From contig CDMY01000553.1 of assembly GCA_001179505.1 (NCBI GenBank), positions 186,001-250,000 of the forward strand: a stretch of 64,000 nucleotides of DNA, read 5' to 3'. The notes under the pieces are model-generated. The model saw only the letters and a list, made by a program, of their open reading frames with translations. It made no database searches and was not told the origin of the DNA. The position numbers were made by a program, and so were the translations under genes. Positions within the stretch are counted from its first letter, which is position 1. Each line of letters starts with the position of its first letter. The stretch comes from Vitrella brassicaformis CCMP3155 (taxonomy: Eukaryota; Protista; Chromerida). This document shows positions 38,578 to 50,791 of the stretch, one piece after another.

Positions 38578-40829
38578 TCAGGGTGTGGAAACGTCCACCC
38601 ACCTGTGTGGGCGGCAAAGCGGCGTATTCACTGACTGCGACTTGAGTTTGTCGAGCATCTTGTCCATCAACACACCCACGTGAACGGGACAGCCCGGACT
38701 ATGAGGGTCAGGCCGCCGGCTCTTGTCGATCATGTCGGTCACCTCCCGCTCAATGACCGGCTTGCCGCCCTTGGTGCGGGGCCACATGGCCAACGAGATG
38801 TCCCGCAGCACCGTCACACCATCGTACGTGCCGCCTGGACTGCTCAACGGACTGAGTCGCACCACGTTGGGGGCCTGCTTCGCCTTGGTACGGGGAGCCA
38901 GCTGCGAGTTGAGGGCGCCCTTCGATCTCACACATGGTTTTGAACCGGTTCGCCGCCCTGACACATTATCCATGGGACACGGAGAGGCGCAGCCAGACAG
39001 ACAGACAGACAGACAGCCAGACAGACAGAGATGGATGACCGGACCAGGTAAGTAAGAGGCACGTGTCGTGCTTGTGAATATTCACTCACATCAGCTGCTG
39101 CCTCAGCACAACACACCTGGGGCACATCTGAGGCCAGCCGACCAGAAAGTAGCACGCACACACCACACCACACACAACCAGGCTGATCTGGTATTGTTTC
39201 CGCGTGTACCTCGCCGATAGGGGCGTTGCCGACCCTCCTCCTCTCGCGCACTGCTGGGGGCCTCGTGGCTGTTGTGGTGGGGGCCGGACATGGCAGTGCC
39301 GGAGGGAATGCAGCACCTGATGTGCAGTGCACATGGCTGGATGGGTGGCTGGATGGGTGGCTGGATGGGTGGCTGTGTGACTGACTGGGTGTGTGGTATC
39401 CTTTCTCACCGTTGCAGGAAGGTGGTGGTAAACGGATCGGTAGGGCCGACGGGAAGCGAAACTGACGATACGTCGAAGCCACTGTACACACACGCACACC
39501 CAGAGACGTACACGGTGCGTGCGTGCGTGTGTGTGTGTGTGTGTGTTCTTGTATCAGCCACTGACCGTCATTTGTGGAGAGGAAGACGGTGTTGGAACTG
39601 CGGTCAACCACGGCCTCCACCGTCACCACGAGCCGGCTGCCGTCGTCCAATAGCAACTTCGAGAAGACCATGGTGGAGAAGCCCATCACTGAACGCACCG
39701 CACACCATACAGACGGCCAACTCAGTCAGTCAGAAGGGAGGGTGCGGTCGGTCGGTCGCTTGGATGCATCTCTCTCTCTCTCTCTCTCTCACCGACCGCA
39801 TCACAGTCGACAGAATAGGAGGCGAAAGCCTGCACGCAACACATGTAGGTATTGTGACCCACCGGCAGGATGGGATGGAGGGCTGGGGAGCCAGCACACA
39901 CACTGGAGCCAGCACACAGTGTGTGTGCTGTGCTGAGCGAGGTGAGCTGCTTACAGGGTGGTGAGCTTCACGCGTGCAAGAGGTGTCTTCAAGAGCGCGG
40001 CAAGTCCCTGATTGCCGAACATCAGCACGCCCGTCTGTTACTTAGGCACACACCGAGTCGCAGACACACCGAGCGCATTGATTGAGACAGAAAGGCACAT
40101 GATACGTACAGCTATGGGTTGTCCTCGTGTGGCGCACTCACCCGTATGTCTGGCCGCCGATAGACTCCCTTCGGCGGGGCATCTGCCGTGGTCTCTCGAA
40201 AGCGCCGAATGCATCGACAGCCGAGTTCATCAGGTGAGTGAAGCCGCTCCTCAGAAAGCCGAGAGCAGCAGGCAGCATCACGCCGCCACCGCCACTGGAA
40301 CTGACATAAATGCAGCAAGGGAATGCAGGTGGACACAGGAAAGGCACATGAACGCCAACCCCACGGTCCACAATGATGCCAAATGAATGCAGCTCATTTC
40401 GTTTCGAGCGGTCCCTCTCTCTGTGCTCACTCACCCTTGGCTGAGCACCATGCCGCTGAAACTCGTCGACTGGCACGCATCACTCCAGAACTGCAGGTTG
40501 GCGTAGAGTGACTTGTACAGGGCCTTCTCACGGCCGATCTCCAATTCGGCCTTGCCTTAGGATAGAGAGCATCAACAGACATACCAATGGTCGTCCTCCT
40601 TCCCAGGCGAGGCCTGCGGGGAAGCGTCGTCAGCTCAACGACCTTCTTCCACAGAAAGCTGCATGAACAAGTACACAAGCCAACAACACACCACACACAA
40701 CACCATACAGGCATCAGACACGTGTGTTCTGGCGTTCTCATATTCTCCGTCATCAGGCGTCGCGGAGAACGCCTTGACGAGGAACTTCACGAAGACTGTG
40801 CGGGGGTTGAGAAGCCCTTCGGCCATCAT
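38578..40829 (-). pseudogene. Hypothetical multi-exon 'gene B' ending in a frameshifted/truncated copy of domain X
   Basis: Exons such as GKAELEIGREKALYKSLYANLQFW and GVMLPAALGFLRSGFTHLMNSAV. The last exon is paralogous to 35770-36120 but is out of frame after EIE. Not all exon phases could be resolved. Confidence 0.45.
39334..39375 (+). repeat. 12-bp tandem repeat (TGGCTGGATGGG) x3.5, intronic
   Basis: Read directly from the sequence. Confidence 0.85.
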
Positions 40830-40879
40830 CAGGCGCTTCTCAAACTCTCTGCCTTGCTTCGAGCGTGATAATTAAATCA

Positions 40880-40887
40880 TAGCTCGC
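40880..40887 (-). promoter_or_regulatory. Candidate promoter element GCGAGCTA (reverse strand)
   Basis: TAGCTCGC between divergent ATGs at 40829 (-) and 40945 (+). Confidence 0.45.
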
Positions 40888-40944
40888 CTAGGGTTTGCGG
40901 GGTTGTCTCACATTCTCGACAATTTCTTCCCTACCGCCCTTTCC

Positions 40945-41608
40945 ATGGCGGGCAAGCGACCGCCAGACCCGCCCAAACCCCTCCAAGAGCTCTTCAAAGG
41001 TCATTACACGCACACGCACACAGAAAGGAAGTTCATTCGTCTCCTCAACTCATGGATCTGCCATTTTGGTGCTGGCAGATGATGACTGGCAGGACGACCC
41101 CGGGCAGCACGGCAACAGGAAGCGCCAGAAGCCTCACGTCGAGGGCAACTTCGCCACCACACTCTTCGTCACAGGTAGGCGCCAACACGAGAAATGATGC
41201 ATTCGTCACAGCTACTTTCTGTTGTGCGCTGGTCAGTTCCTGCTCGCGTGTGGAGGCGGCCGGCCTGGCAGAAGGTTCTCGGCCGCTCCAAGCGGTTGCT
41301 GGAGGACGTGCAAAAGCGAGCTGGCGGAGAGGCAGCTGCAGCTGCTGCTTCCTTCGATATGGGCAAGGACGGGCCGCACATCAGCTTGTCCAAGACCGTC
41401 ATGCTGCGGTAAGGTATATGAAAGATGGAGGGAGGGATGAGAGTCCTGAGCTTCTGCGCTTTGCGTGATGGCATGCATTGTAATGCAGTTTCCACTTCAT
41501 TCAGGGCTTCGTGGAGAGCTGTAAAGCTGCCCTGGGCAAATGCGACAGGTCAGTGAGGTGGACAAGAGAGAGGACACACAGCAGGGGTCATAGCAGACTG
41601 GCTGGATG

Positions 41609-41639
<31 letters not shown>

Positions 41640-42406
41640 TGCAGCTTCACGAGTCACTTTGACGGTGAGCTGTCGGTCTTTGCCAACGAGCCCGCCGACC
41701 GGTACTTCGCTGCTCTAGTGCCCTCTGCCGCAGGCCACAAGCAATGGGTAGGTCAGCCAGGGCGGCAAACACACAGCAGGGAATGACAGACGAACTGAGT
41801 GTGTGTGGATGGTCAGGTGGAGCTGATTGGTAGGGTGGATCAGCTCGTGACGTCTTATGGCCTGGAGCCCTTCTATAAGGTGGGAAGAGGCAGTGCAGAT
41901 GCCCACCTCTCACCCCACACAGTGCCGTTTGGTCGCTCCTCTGTGTGTGTATGTGTGTGGCAGGAGAAGCAGCCTCACCTCTCGCTGGCCTGGTGCTTTG
42001 GATCACAGGTTCAGCGCCAGCACACACACACGCTCACACTCGCGTGCACTGTCTGATGGTCTTTGTCTGTGTGTGTGTGTGTCAGGAGTGGGTAGCACCT
42101 CTCACTACCCTGACCAATGAATCGTCGCGGCCCCAGGACACGGCATCCATTCGCTTCTGGCCATCCATCGAGTCCCACCTCGCCAGCCAGTCAAGCGATA
42201 CTGATAATGAGTCTGTGGGCGCATCGATAGCCGCCGAGATGGCCAAGGGGCCGGCGGCAGGCACAGATGAGGATGAAGACGACGAAGATGATGAGTCGCC
42301 TGTGGTGGGCATTGGGTGTGACGAGGGGCTGTGGTTTGATGTGACTGAGGTTGCTGTCCGTGTGGGAGAGGTGGTGACCGTTGTACCACTGAAGAGGGCC
42401 GACTAG
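40945..42406 (+). CDS. USB1: U6 snRNA 3'-5' exonuclease/phosphodiesterase (2H family)
   Basis: PKPLQELFK|DDDWQDDPGQHGNRKRQKPHVEGNFATTLF, first HxS motif PHISLSKT, VFANEPADRYFAAL, VDQLVTSYGLEPFY, and second motif PHLSLAW. Confidence 0.92.
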
Positions 42407-43236
42407 AGGGATTGGTTGGTGGACGGGTGTGCGGCTGGCTACGTGTGTGTGCAGAGAGAGAATTTGACACCCCTGCTTGCTATGTTGTTTGTATGGGGCT
42501 AAATCAGTGTAAGCGAGATTGGGTCCAGACACCATCATCTCTCTGTCACCCCAACCGGCGCTCAATCGCGCCCCAGGTCGCGTACGGAGCCGTCCAGGTC
42601 AGCAAAACACGATGAGTCACATCGGTTCCTGCTGCCGTGTACAGCGCCGTACGTAACAGAGGACACCATCGAAGGGCCTTCACGGACATTGCAATGACAT
42701 GACCGTCACGTACACCGGATGAACGCACAGGCAGGGCGCTGCTCCTGCTTCGTGCACTGCTGCTGTTTGGTCGAGCAAGGCCAGCGGCCACGGCGAATGA
42801 ATGTCTGTTTCCGCCAGCCATCCACTCACCGTGGCGGCTGCCGGCTTAACAACCAGCAGCATGGCACTGGAGCACCGAGCAAGTGCCCACAGCAGGTGAT
42901 TCCCCACCCACCCCACCCCCACCAATGGCACTCTCATTCCACCATACAGACAGACAGACATAGGTACAAATATGCTACACCCGCGCCACCCAATCAATCA
43001 ATCAGTCAATGGGGGCGCCTGCCGCAGGCGACCCAGGACCATACTCAATCCACTCGACATATACGCCCGCCCCACATGTGCATCGATCGATTGCACCGAT
43101 TGATTGCATCGGCGCCAGAGAGAGGGGAGGGAGAAAAAGAGACAGACAAGGCGGCCACGTGCGATGCGAACCTACGAAAGTTGGGCCTTGATAAAAGCAA
43201 CGGACTAAGCAAGACCGGCAGGCAGGCAGGAGGTCG

Positions 43237-44302
43237 TCAGGCGTTCTTCTTGAGCACTGCCGAGCCGGGCTGCTGCACGCCGTGACTAGCCGCAGCCCTG
43301 CAACCAGAAAAACGGCAAATAAGTGGTCATGAGTGGGCCTGCGTGTCGGTGTATGTCTGTAGCTGACCTTCCTGACCGCTTCTCGTCCCTCTCCCACTGC
43401 AGGTCGTCCTCCAAAGCCTGACAGACACATTACAGCAACACACACACGCAGGAACACACATGGTCATCTGTGTCTTCTGCCGTGTCGTACTTGGCTGTCC
43501 ACGTATTTACCTTTTTGGCTTTGACGTAGTCGTAGTCGTTGAGTGCGAGGTACGAGGCGGCCTCCTTGGTGCTGATGCTGAAGTAGTCCGCCAACGACTG
43601 CACGTGGGTGCACTCTATCATCGCCTTCTCAAAGTCTGACGGATCGACGCGTCACATCACACACACAGCAAAAGCAGAGGCCCACGATGCCCATGTGTCC
43701 ACGCGCCCTTCTACACACGCACACAAACACACGTACCGAAGTTTGTGTTAGCGAGGTGGTCCCTGGCCATTTCCTCGTCGCAGCCTGAGGCCTTGACGAG
43801 GGCGGCGACTTTGTTGGCGAGCTCGGCGGCGTCGATGAGCCGCTTGTCCATCTCGATGAAGTTGTCGGGCAGCTCCTCACGTGGGATCAAGATCTCACTC
43901 TTGAACCATATCTGCAGCCAACCAGGAGCCACCACACACCCACAAACCAACACACAGACAGTGTGCGGACGGCAGACAAGGGCGGGCGGTGCATGGCTTG
44001 ACTGGCTCACCTGGTCGCTGAGGAGGTTGTTGAACCGCTTGATGTCTACGACTGACACCGAGTACCTAATGGCCAGATTGACGAGTGTGTCTGCCCCTGC
44101 ACCGACACACACACACACAACAGCCAGCCACATGCATTCAGCCGACACGCGCACGCTTTGCTGCCCGATTCGCCGTCGTACCAGTGACTTTGTGTTTGAT
44201 GAAGCGGTCGCTGACGGCGTCCTGCGCCGCCACAGGCACCGTTGTGGCATCAGTATCACGGAGAGGCACCTGGTCCTCATCCAACGCGGGATATACCGAC
44301 AT
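43237..44302 (-). CDS. LysM-domain protein with two C-terminal UBA-like helical repeats
   Basis: IKHKVTG|ADTLVNLAIRYSVSVVDIKRFNNLLSDQ|IWFKSEILIP (LysM), then LVKASGCDEEMARDHLANTNF and LADYFSISTKEAASYLALNDYDYVKAKK|ALEDDLQWE. Confidence 0.8.
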
Positions 44303-44379
44303 GGCCAAGTCAAAGGGAGAGGAGGTGGAACGAGGAGGTGACGCGTATTGACAGCACCAGCACAGCTCGACGCCTGGTC

Positions 44380-44388
44380 TGCGAGCTA
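44380..44388 (+). promoter_or_regulatory. Candidate promoter element TGCGAGCTA
   Basis: Lies between divergent ATGs at 44302 (-) and 44475 (+). Confidence 0.5.
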
Positions 44389-44474
44389 AGCCGAGGTGCC
44401 TAGGACATTGCGTGAAACTGCTCGCGCGAGGCACGAAAGTCGGACAGAAAGAGAAGCGACGCGTTTGATGCTTG

Positions 44475-44836
44475 ATGGGTCGCTCGAAGGGATACAGGAA
44501 GAAGCACGGGACCAAACACCGAGGCAGGGACACCGACCAGATCCACCGAGATCTCGCCAACCCGCCCGCACACAAGATAGACGACGACCTCCCCGGACGA
44601 GGTCGGCCTGCACACGACGGACTGCCTGTGGTTGCATCCCTCATCTCTGTCTGTCTGTCTGTGTGTCACACACAGGTCAGTTCTACTGCATCTCGTGTGC
44701 GCGTTACTTCATCACTGAGGACGTCCTCAAGAAGCACTGCGACAGCAAACAGCACAAGCGGCGACTGAAAACCGCCCTCGAAGCGCCGTGGACACAGCAG
44801 GACGCCGAGGCTGCTGTCGGCCTGACCACCGAGTGA
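44475..44836 (+). CDS. BUD20: Zinc-finger ribosome biogenesis/export factor Bud20/ZNF593 (2 exons)
   Basis: RDTDQIHRDL...DDDLPGRG|QFYCISCARYF...KKHCDSKQHKRRLK...PWTQQDAEAAVG. Confidence 0.95.
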
Positions 44837-44851
44837 CCTACCGGAAGGAAG

Positions 44852-46851
44852 ATGCAGGCGGAGTTCAGCCGCATCGTGGTGCTGGACAGCGGCACGGGTG
44901 AGATCAAGGCGGGCTATGCGGGCGAGCCGTCCCCTCGAGTGCGGCACCTCAACTGCGTGTGCAAGGCCAAGCGCGGCGAGAAGCTCTTCTTCCACGACCA
45001 GATGCCGCCACAGAACGACTACTTCTTCTCCCGGCCCATGGACATGGGCCTCGTCACCGACCACGCACTGCAGAGGGCCCTGTGGGAACGGGTCTTCTCC
45101 AAGAGCTACCTCAACGTCGACTTCAAAGACTCGGCGCTGCTCCTGACCGAGGCCCCGCAGACGCCGAGAAGCGTGACGGAGAAGACTGTCGAGGTGCTGT
45201 TTGAGGAGTACGGCTTCAGCCGTGTGTGTCTATGGCCTGCGGCTGCTCTGGTGCCCCACTACTACCGCAAGAAGAGGGGCATTGGGGGCGAAAACCCCTG
45301 CTCCCTGGTGGTAGACTGCGGTGCGTCGTCCTGCCTGGCTGTGCCGGTGTTTGAGAACGAGATGGTCCCCTTGGCCACGCGCCGGCTGGACGTGGGCGGG
45401 GACCTCCTGACCACCCACCTCACCAATGTCCTCATGAACACGCAGAAGGAGAAGGAGAAGCAGAACTGGCTGCGAGACAAATTCCTCATCAGCGAACATG
45501 TGAGCAGAGCAGAGAGGAAAGGGTCTTTGTGTGTGTCAAACCGATGGTCATCGCCATGTCGTGCCTTTTCTCTTTGTGCAGGTGAAGCAGTCGTGCTGTT
45601 TCGTTGCTGAAGATTTTGTGGGCACGATGGATCTTGCCAAGCGAGAGCTGGACGACGCCCGGCCCTCCATCTCAGCGGCTGGCGCCCTCATCCACGCCTC
45701 ACGCACCCGCCGATTCGCCACACACCTCTTCTGCGAATACGTCCTGCCAAACGCTGAAGCGGGACGGGTGAGAAGTCTCTCGCACACACCAAGTGTCTGT
45801 TCCACTCAACCCACTGCCATTGCCTTTGTGTGTGTCCAGGAGGGATACGCGTACATCCCAGGCCGCAATCGGCAGGGCATCCCCCCACCCCCCGGCGGCC
45901 CCCTGCAGCCCTTCCCCCCAACCTTCAGCCCACCTTCAGTCGACAGCAGCGACAGGAAGCGCAAGCGCAACAAGAGGGGGCCGGTCAGGCGGAGCGCGCG
46001 AGAGAGGAGGCGGCGGCATGATGACGACGAGGAGGACTATGACCCCGACGAGGACGGCGATCAGGAGGAGGGGTGTGGGGCGGATGACATGGGGGAGGAG
46101 AGCCCTGCTGCCGCTGCTGGTGAGGGGGGGCTGGGGTGTATGGATGTGGTGAACGATGAGGGGTCGAGTGGCGGTGGTGGTGGTGGGTTTGATGCAGCCA
46201 AGTGGTGTGAGCGGTGGCCGCCGCCCGATGACGACGAGACCCACGTGCTGAGGCTCAACAACGAGCGCATTCTCATTCCTGAGATACTCTTCAGGCCATC
46301 AGGTACACACACACGCTGCCCACACGATATCACAAAAAGGGACGGGCAATGTGTGTTGTGTGTGTGTGTGTGCGTGTGTGTGTGGTTGCAGACATGTGTT
46401 TGAGCGACAAGGACCTGAAGGAGTACAAGATCGGTCCCCACGTGCAGCACCAGTGGGGCCTGCCCGAGACCATCCAGCGGGCCATCTACGCCTCGCCCCC
46501 GGAGCTGCAGCCGCACCTCCCCGCCTGCATCCTCCTCGCGGGCGGCACCACCAAGCTGCCCCACTTCAAGCAACGACTAATGCGCGACCTCCGCCCCATG
46601 CTGCCTCAGGCAAGCCCAGCCGATCCATGTGTCCGTCCATGTGTGTGTGTGGTTGGTGTGTGTTTGTGCAGGAGTGGTTGATAGAGATGCACCACTGCAG
46701 CGAGCCGGAGCTGTGCGCGTGGCGTGGCGGGAGTGTGTTTGCGACGTCGGGTGACTTCTACCCCAACTCGATGAGTAGGCGCGAGTACTTTGAGGGTGTG
46801 GAGGAGGCCAAGAGGGCCGCTGCCGGTGCCAGAGGCAGAGGCAGGGGATAG
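44852..46851 (+). CDS. ARP6: Actin-related protein 6 (SWR1 complex subunit)
   Basis: Actin fold IVVLDSGTGEIKAGYAG, LLTEAP, LVVDCG, RRLDVGGDLLT; ARP6-type LRLNNERILIPEILFRPS|D, ILLAGGTTKLPHFKQRLMRDLRP and AWRGGS...MSRREYFE. Confidence 0.88.
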
Positions 46852-47693
46852 ATAGGTTGTGGGAGGATGGTTAGGTGCTAGGTGGGTGGGTGGGTGGATG
46901 GATGCGTTGATGAAGGACGGACCATCAGTGTCGATGTGCGACCACACTCAGTGAATGCACGTGCGTCATGCCATGCGATAGTCATGTGCCAAATCCTAAG
47001 GCCTAGCTAGGCCTTGTCTGTGCCATCCGTCCGTCACTGCCACAGCAAGGCGATCACGATCTCGACCAGACACTCGAACCTGAGTGGCGGAAATACCACA
47101 TGAGCTTGGTCCAAACACGCGACAACCAGCTTGCCTGACCCCCACACAGACACACCCGTTGGTTTGTCTGCCCGCCCACTCGTCCACCCACCTGTGTGGG
47201 CTGTTGGTGAAATGGCGGCAGCGGCACACTCACCACACGGCCTTGATCACCCCTGCAAAGCATCACGGACAGACGCATCCAGACGGTGGACATGCAAGGG
47301 TGTCTCCTTTTCGTCATGTGCTCACGTCTGTCTGGTAGATGGCGCCACCAACACAGGGGCATTCACAGTGGTGTTCGATTGGACGGCATGGGACAGGGGC
47401 GCCGTGCTGTTGCTGTCGGTGACTGCAGCGTCGGTCTCCTTGGTGTGCGATCGATTGAAATGGAAGAGGCCCGCCACAGTGTGCTCCTCCACAGAGCTCC
47501 AAACACGCTGCAGGTCACACATGGAGCCAACTGTGTGTATGTCCGTCGAAACGGCTGCCTCTCACCTCCAGAGGCGCCAGGGATAGCCCCCACCATGTCT
47601 CGTTGTTGCTTATCAGATTCGCTTTAGACGTCGCCACACTGAATGGACGAGACAATGCGCAGCAGATGGTTCCTCCCCCACACGCTTTTGCAT

Positions 47694-48981
47694 TCATTTT
47701 TTGTACCTGTGTGGTGCGTTGCGAGCCAGCTCCCAGGTGAGCTGTTTGTCCGCCTCCCGCACCGCGTCTGCGGCGGTCATGGCGTCCTCGCCCTTCCCCG
47801 CCCCCTCCCTGATATCGAACCCCCCTTCGGTCTCCAGAGTGCCCCGGCTGTGCTGCCCCGTCTGTTCGGTCAGGTTGGCCCGATTGATGAGGTGCATGTG
47901 GGAGGGCGATGGCTTCCCAAAGGTCTTGAGCGAGCCGACAATGGGCTGGTCGGCAGATGCATTATTGGCGTGGAGGGCGGCCTTTGACGGAATGTCAGTC
48001 GTGTTGGCGGCAGCCTTGAGAAGCTTCCCGTCCGTTTCAGGTTTCTTGGCAACAAGTTTCCCCCCAGCTGCTTTCTTGTCGGGCGATGATTTGTCGCTTT
48101 TGCTGCCTCCGGCCATGTCAGAGAAGGGCATGTAGAAAGGCCACGCCGGCCACCAAGAAGAGGACGCAGCACTCGCATCTGCCTTAAGCGTTGCAGCCAT
48201 CTTCCCCACAGACGGGGAATTTTTCGCCTTGTTGCTTGCTGCCTTTTCCCCGTCGCTTTGCCGCACCGCAGATGGCGAGCTGGCGATAACAACCTTCCTC
48301 GGCTGCAGTAGTTCCGCCTTGAGTACTGAAATCTCGGTGGTGGGATCGTTGAGCTCTTGCTTGAGGGTGGAAGTGACAGAGCGGAGGGAGGGCTCGTAGT
48401 ATGAGGAGAGCCACTTGGACAGGGAGTTGCCGAACTGCCCAACGGACTGGTCGTCCTGCAGGACGCTCTCCAGAGATGAGGCCTCGAATTGCGCCTGCAG
48501 CAAGGGAGAGAATGGCAGGTGCTGTGATATCAGTCTTGCCATCTGTGTGTGTGTGTGCTGTGTTGACCTTGTCCTTTATCCGCTCGAAGCTCTTTTTCAC
48601 CGTATCGGCCACCAGGCTGCTCAAACGCTGAAAGAGCAACACAGCATACACACCAGCAGATGCATCCACACATCCCATCCACGGTGACATCCATACGGAA
48701 TGTGTGTCTGGTGCCTTGTCACTGACTTGTTTCACCTCATCGACGCCCAGCTGTCCATTGTATTCAATTTGGTCTTTTGAAGGGATCCACTCATCCATGA
48801 GGCCATCCGTGACCTGGGCCGCCAGCTCAGCCTCGAAGTTGGCCACAACCCTCCGCGCCTCTGCCGCCTGGGTGGTCTGCCTTGCATCATGATGCCGACG
48901 CGCAACACCTCGCAGTGCAGAGATGGGCCCAATGATAAGATGGATGCTCGCAAGGAGGAGAACAAGAGCCGCTGACGGCAT
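47694..48981 (-). CDS. Secreted hypothetical protein, helical N-terminal part plus low-complexity tail
   Basis: Signal peptide MPSAALVLLLASIHLIIGPISA; three GC3-rich exons; 3' end uncertain. Confidence 0.6.
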
Positions 48982-49134
48982 CCTGATCCGCGCTTCGTTG
49001 GTTTGTAAAACTCCGAAGCCGTTGGCCGAAATAATAGAAATTATGCTCCGCAACACGTGGCGCAGACCAAAAGTTTTGAGACTTCCTGCCTCCCTTCACA
49101 CCCCAGCGCTTCCCCGCCACTTCCCTCAACAGCA

Positions 49135-50791
49135 ATGGCACTTTTTCGTAGCGTCAGCGTCCTCTGCGTCCTCTCCCTGGTGCTGCTGACAGCCCTGCCA
49201 CGAGCAGCGGCGTCCGTGCAGCCGTCGCCCGAGGAGCAGGACGCCCGGCAGCTGAGGGACGCCAAGGCGGACGCCGAGGAGAAGGCAAAGGCGTCGATTG
49301 CGAAAGGAGCGGCTGACAAGGACGGAAACGCCATCGACGAGGAGGAAAAGGTGAGGAGAACCCCGGGAGACGGGCACGTGAGACGTCTTCGTGTGTGTGT
49401 GTGCGTATGTGCGACAGCCTGCCAAAGATAAGAAGGAAGACGCCGCGGCGCAGGGTGAGAGGGGGAGAGACCACATTTGTGTGTCGGGTGGCATTTGCAC
49501 CCTGTGGTGTGTGGTTGTGGTGTTGTGTGTGTGTGTGTTCAGCTCCTGCCGGGAAGAAGAAGAAGGACGAGAAGGCGCCCAAGCTGCCTGACGACAGGAT
49601 GGACGACCTCATGAACGACCCACACGAGATCATGATGGACCTCAACGTAGACGACTACAACGAAATGGCCGAAATCGAAAAGGCCAAATACTACGACCCC
49701 AAATGTACTCTCACACACACACACACACAGACACACACACACTGCCACACCTCAGCACACAATGACGCTTACCGATGTGTGTGTGTGTGTCCCGTGTCCG
49801 TCGCTGACAGATGATTTCGATATGAACCTACTCTACGAGGGCAAAATCGGTACGTAAGTGGTTGTGTGGTGCCCCACAACACACACACACAACCGACACA
49901 CCAGCCACGCCCACCCCGGATGGACCCCCCACACCACACCACATGTGTCATGTGGGTGTCGTCTGTGTGTCGTGCAGGCGAGACTGTAGAGGGCGACGAC
50001 GTGTTTGACGACGACGACGATGAGGACTTTGATGAGGATGAGGACGATCAGGAAGAGCTCGAGGAATACGAAACAGCCGGCTTCAACCCTGACGACGGTC
50101 CGCACACACCCTCCACGCACACACACACAGAGAGAGACTGGCACCTGACACCCATAGCCGGGATGATATGTGTGGTGTCTGTGTTGTCTGTGTTGCCTGT
50201 AGGATCGGTGCGTCGCCTGCACGACGGTCCGCACGGCGGCCCCGGTCCTGCGGGCGGCCTCCCTGGCAACCCGAAAAAAGCACCCAAAGTGGACGATGAG
50301 GAGGAGGAGATCGACGAGGACGGTAGGCACCGCATGGCACCACTCCTTTGGGCGGGCTGACAGTTGTAGCCTCTCTCTCTCATGTGTGCGTGTGTTGGTC
50401 CTGCAGATGAGGAAGAGCTCGATGATGAAGACGAAGAGCTCGATGATGAAGACGAAGGTAACCCACACATGCGCCCTCTCCATCACTATACCGTCACCCC
50501 TTGCTGTCTGCAGATGAGCTCGACGAGGACGAGGCCGAGGCCGAGGGGTTTGCCGAAGACTTCGAGGAGATGTACCGGATGGGCGGCCACAAGCAGGAAC
50601 CCGCTGCCTGTGAGCAAAGACGACAGAGGATGCAAACCCCCTCCCCGCACCGCACACCCTCTCTCCTGTCTGTCTGTTTGTGCGTATGTGTGGGATTTGG
50701 TTGCGTCTAAGCATCAGATGTCAAAGCGGATGACGGTGTGATGGTGATGGGGTCAGACGAGGGAGAGAGTGACGCGACAGAGGAGGAGTGA
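49135..50791 (+). CDS. Secreted highly acidic (Asp/Glu-rich) protein built from many short exons
   Basis: Signal peptide MALFRSVSVLCVLSLVLLTALPRAAA, then RQLRD. Micro-exons (e.g. PAKDKKEDAAAQ, DDFDMNLLYEGKI) and long D/E tracts. Last exon inferred. Confidence 0.7.
50412..50457 (+). repeat. 21-bp tandem repeat (GAAGAGCTCGATGATGAAGAC) x2, coding EELDDED
   Basis: Read directly from the sequence. Confidence 0.9.

Larger units (their letters stand above)
36497..38601 (+). repeat. Segmental duplication, arm 1 (inverted partner at ~56792-58650)
   Basis: Exons, introns and 3' flank align by eye with the reverse complement of 56792-58650 at high identity. Confidence 0.92.

Noticed and set aside
36497-38601. 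STIMATE duplication as a transposon or Pack-type element
   Set aside because: No terminal inverted repeats, target-site duplication or transposase/helicase ORF could be identified by eye.
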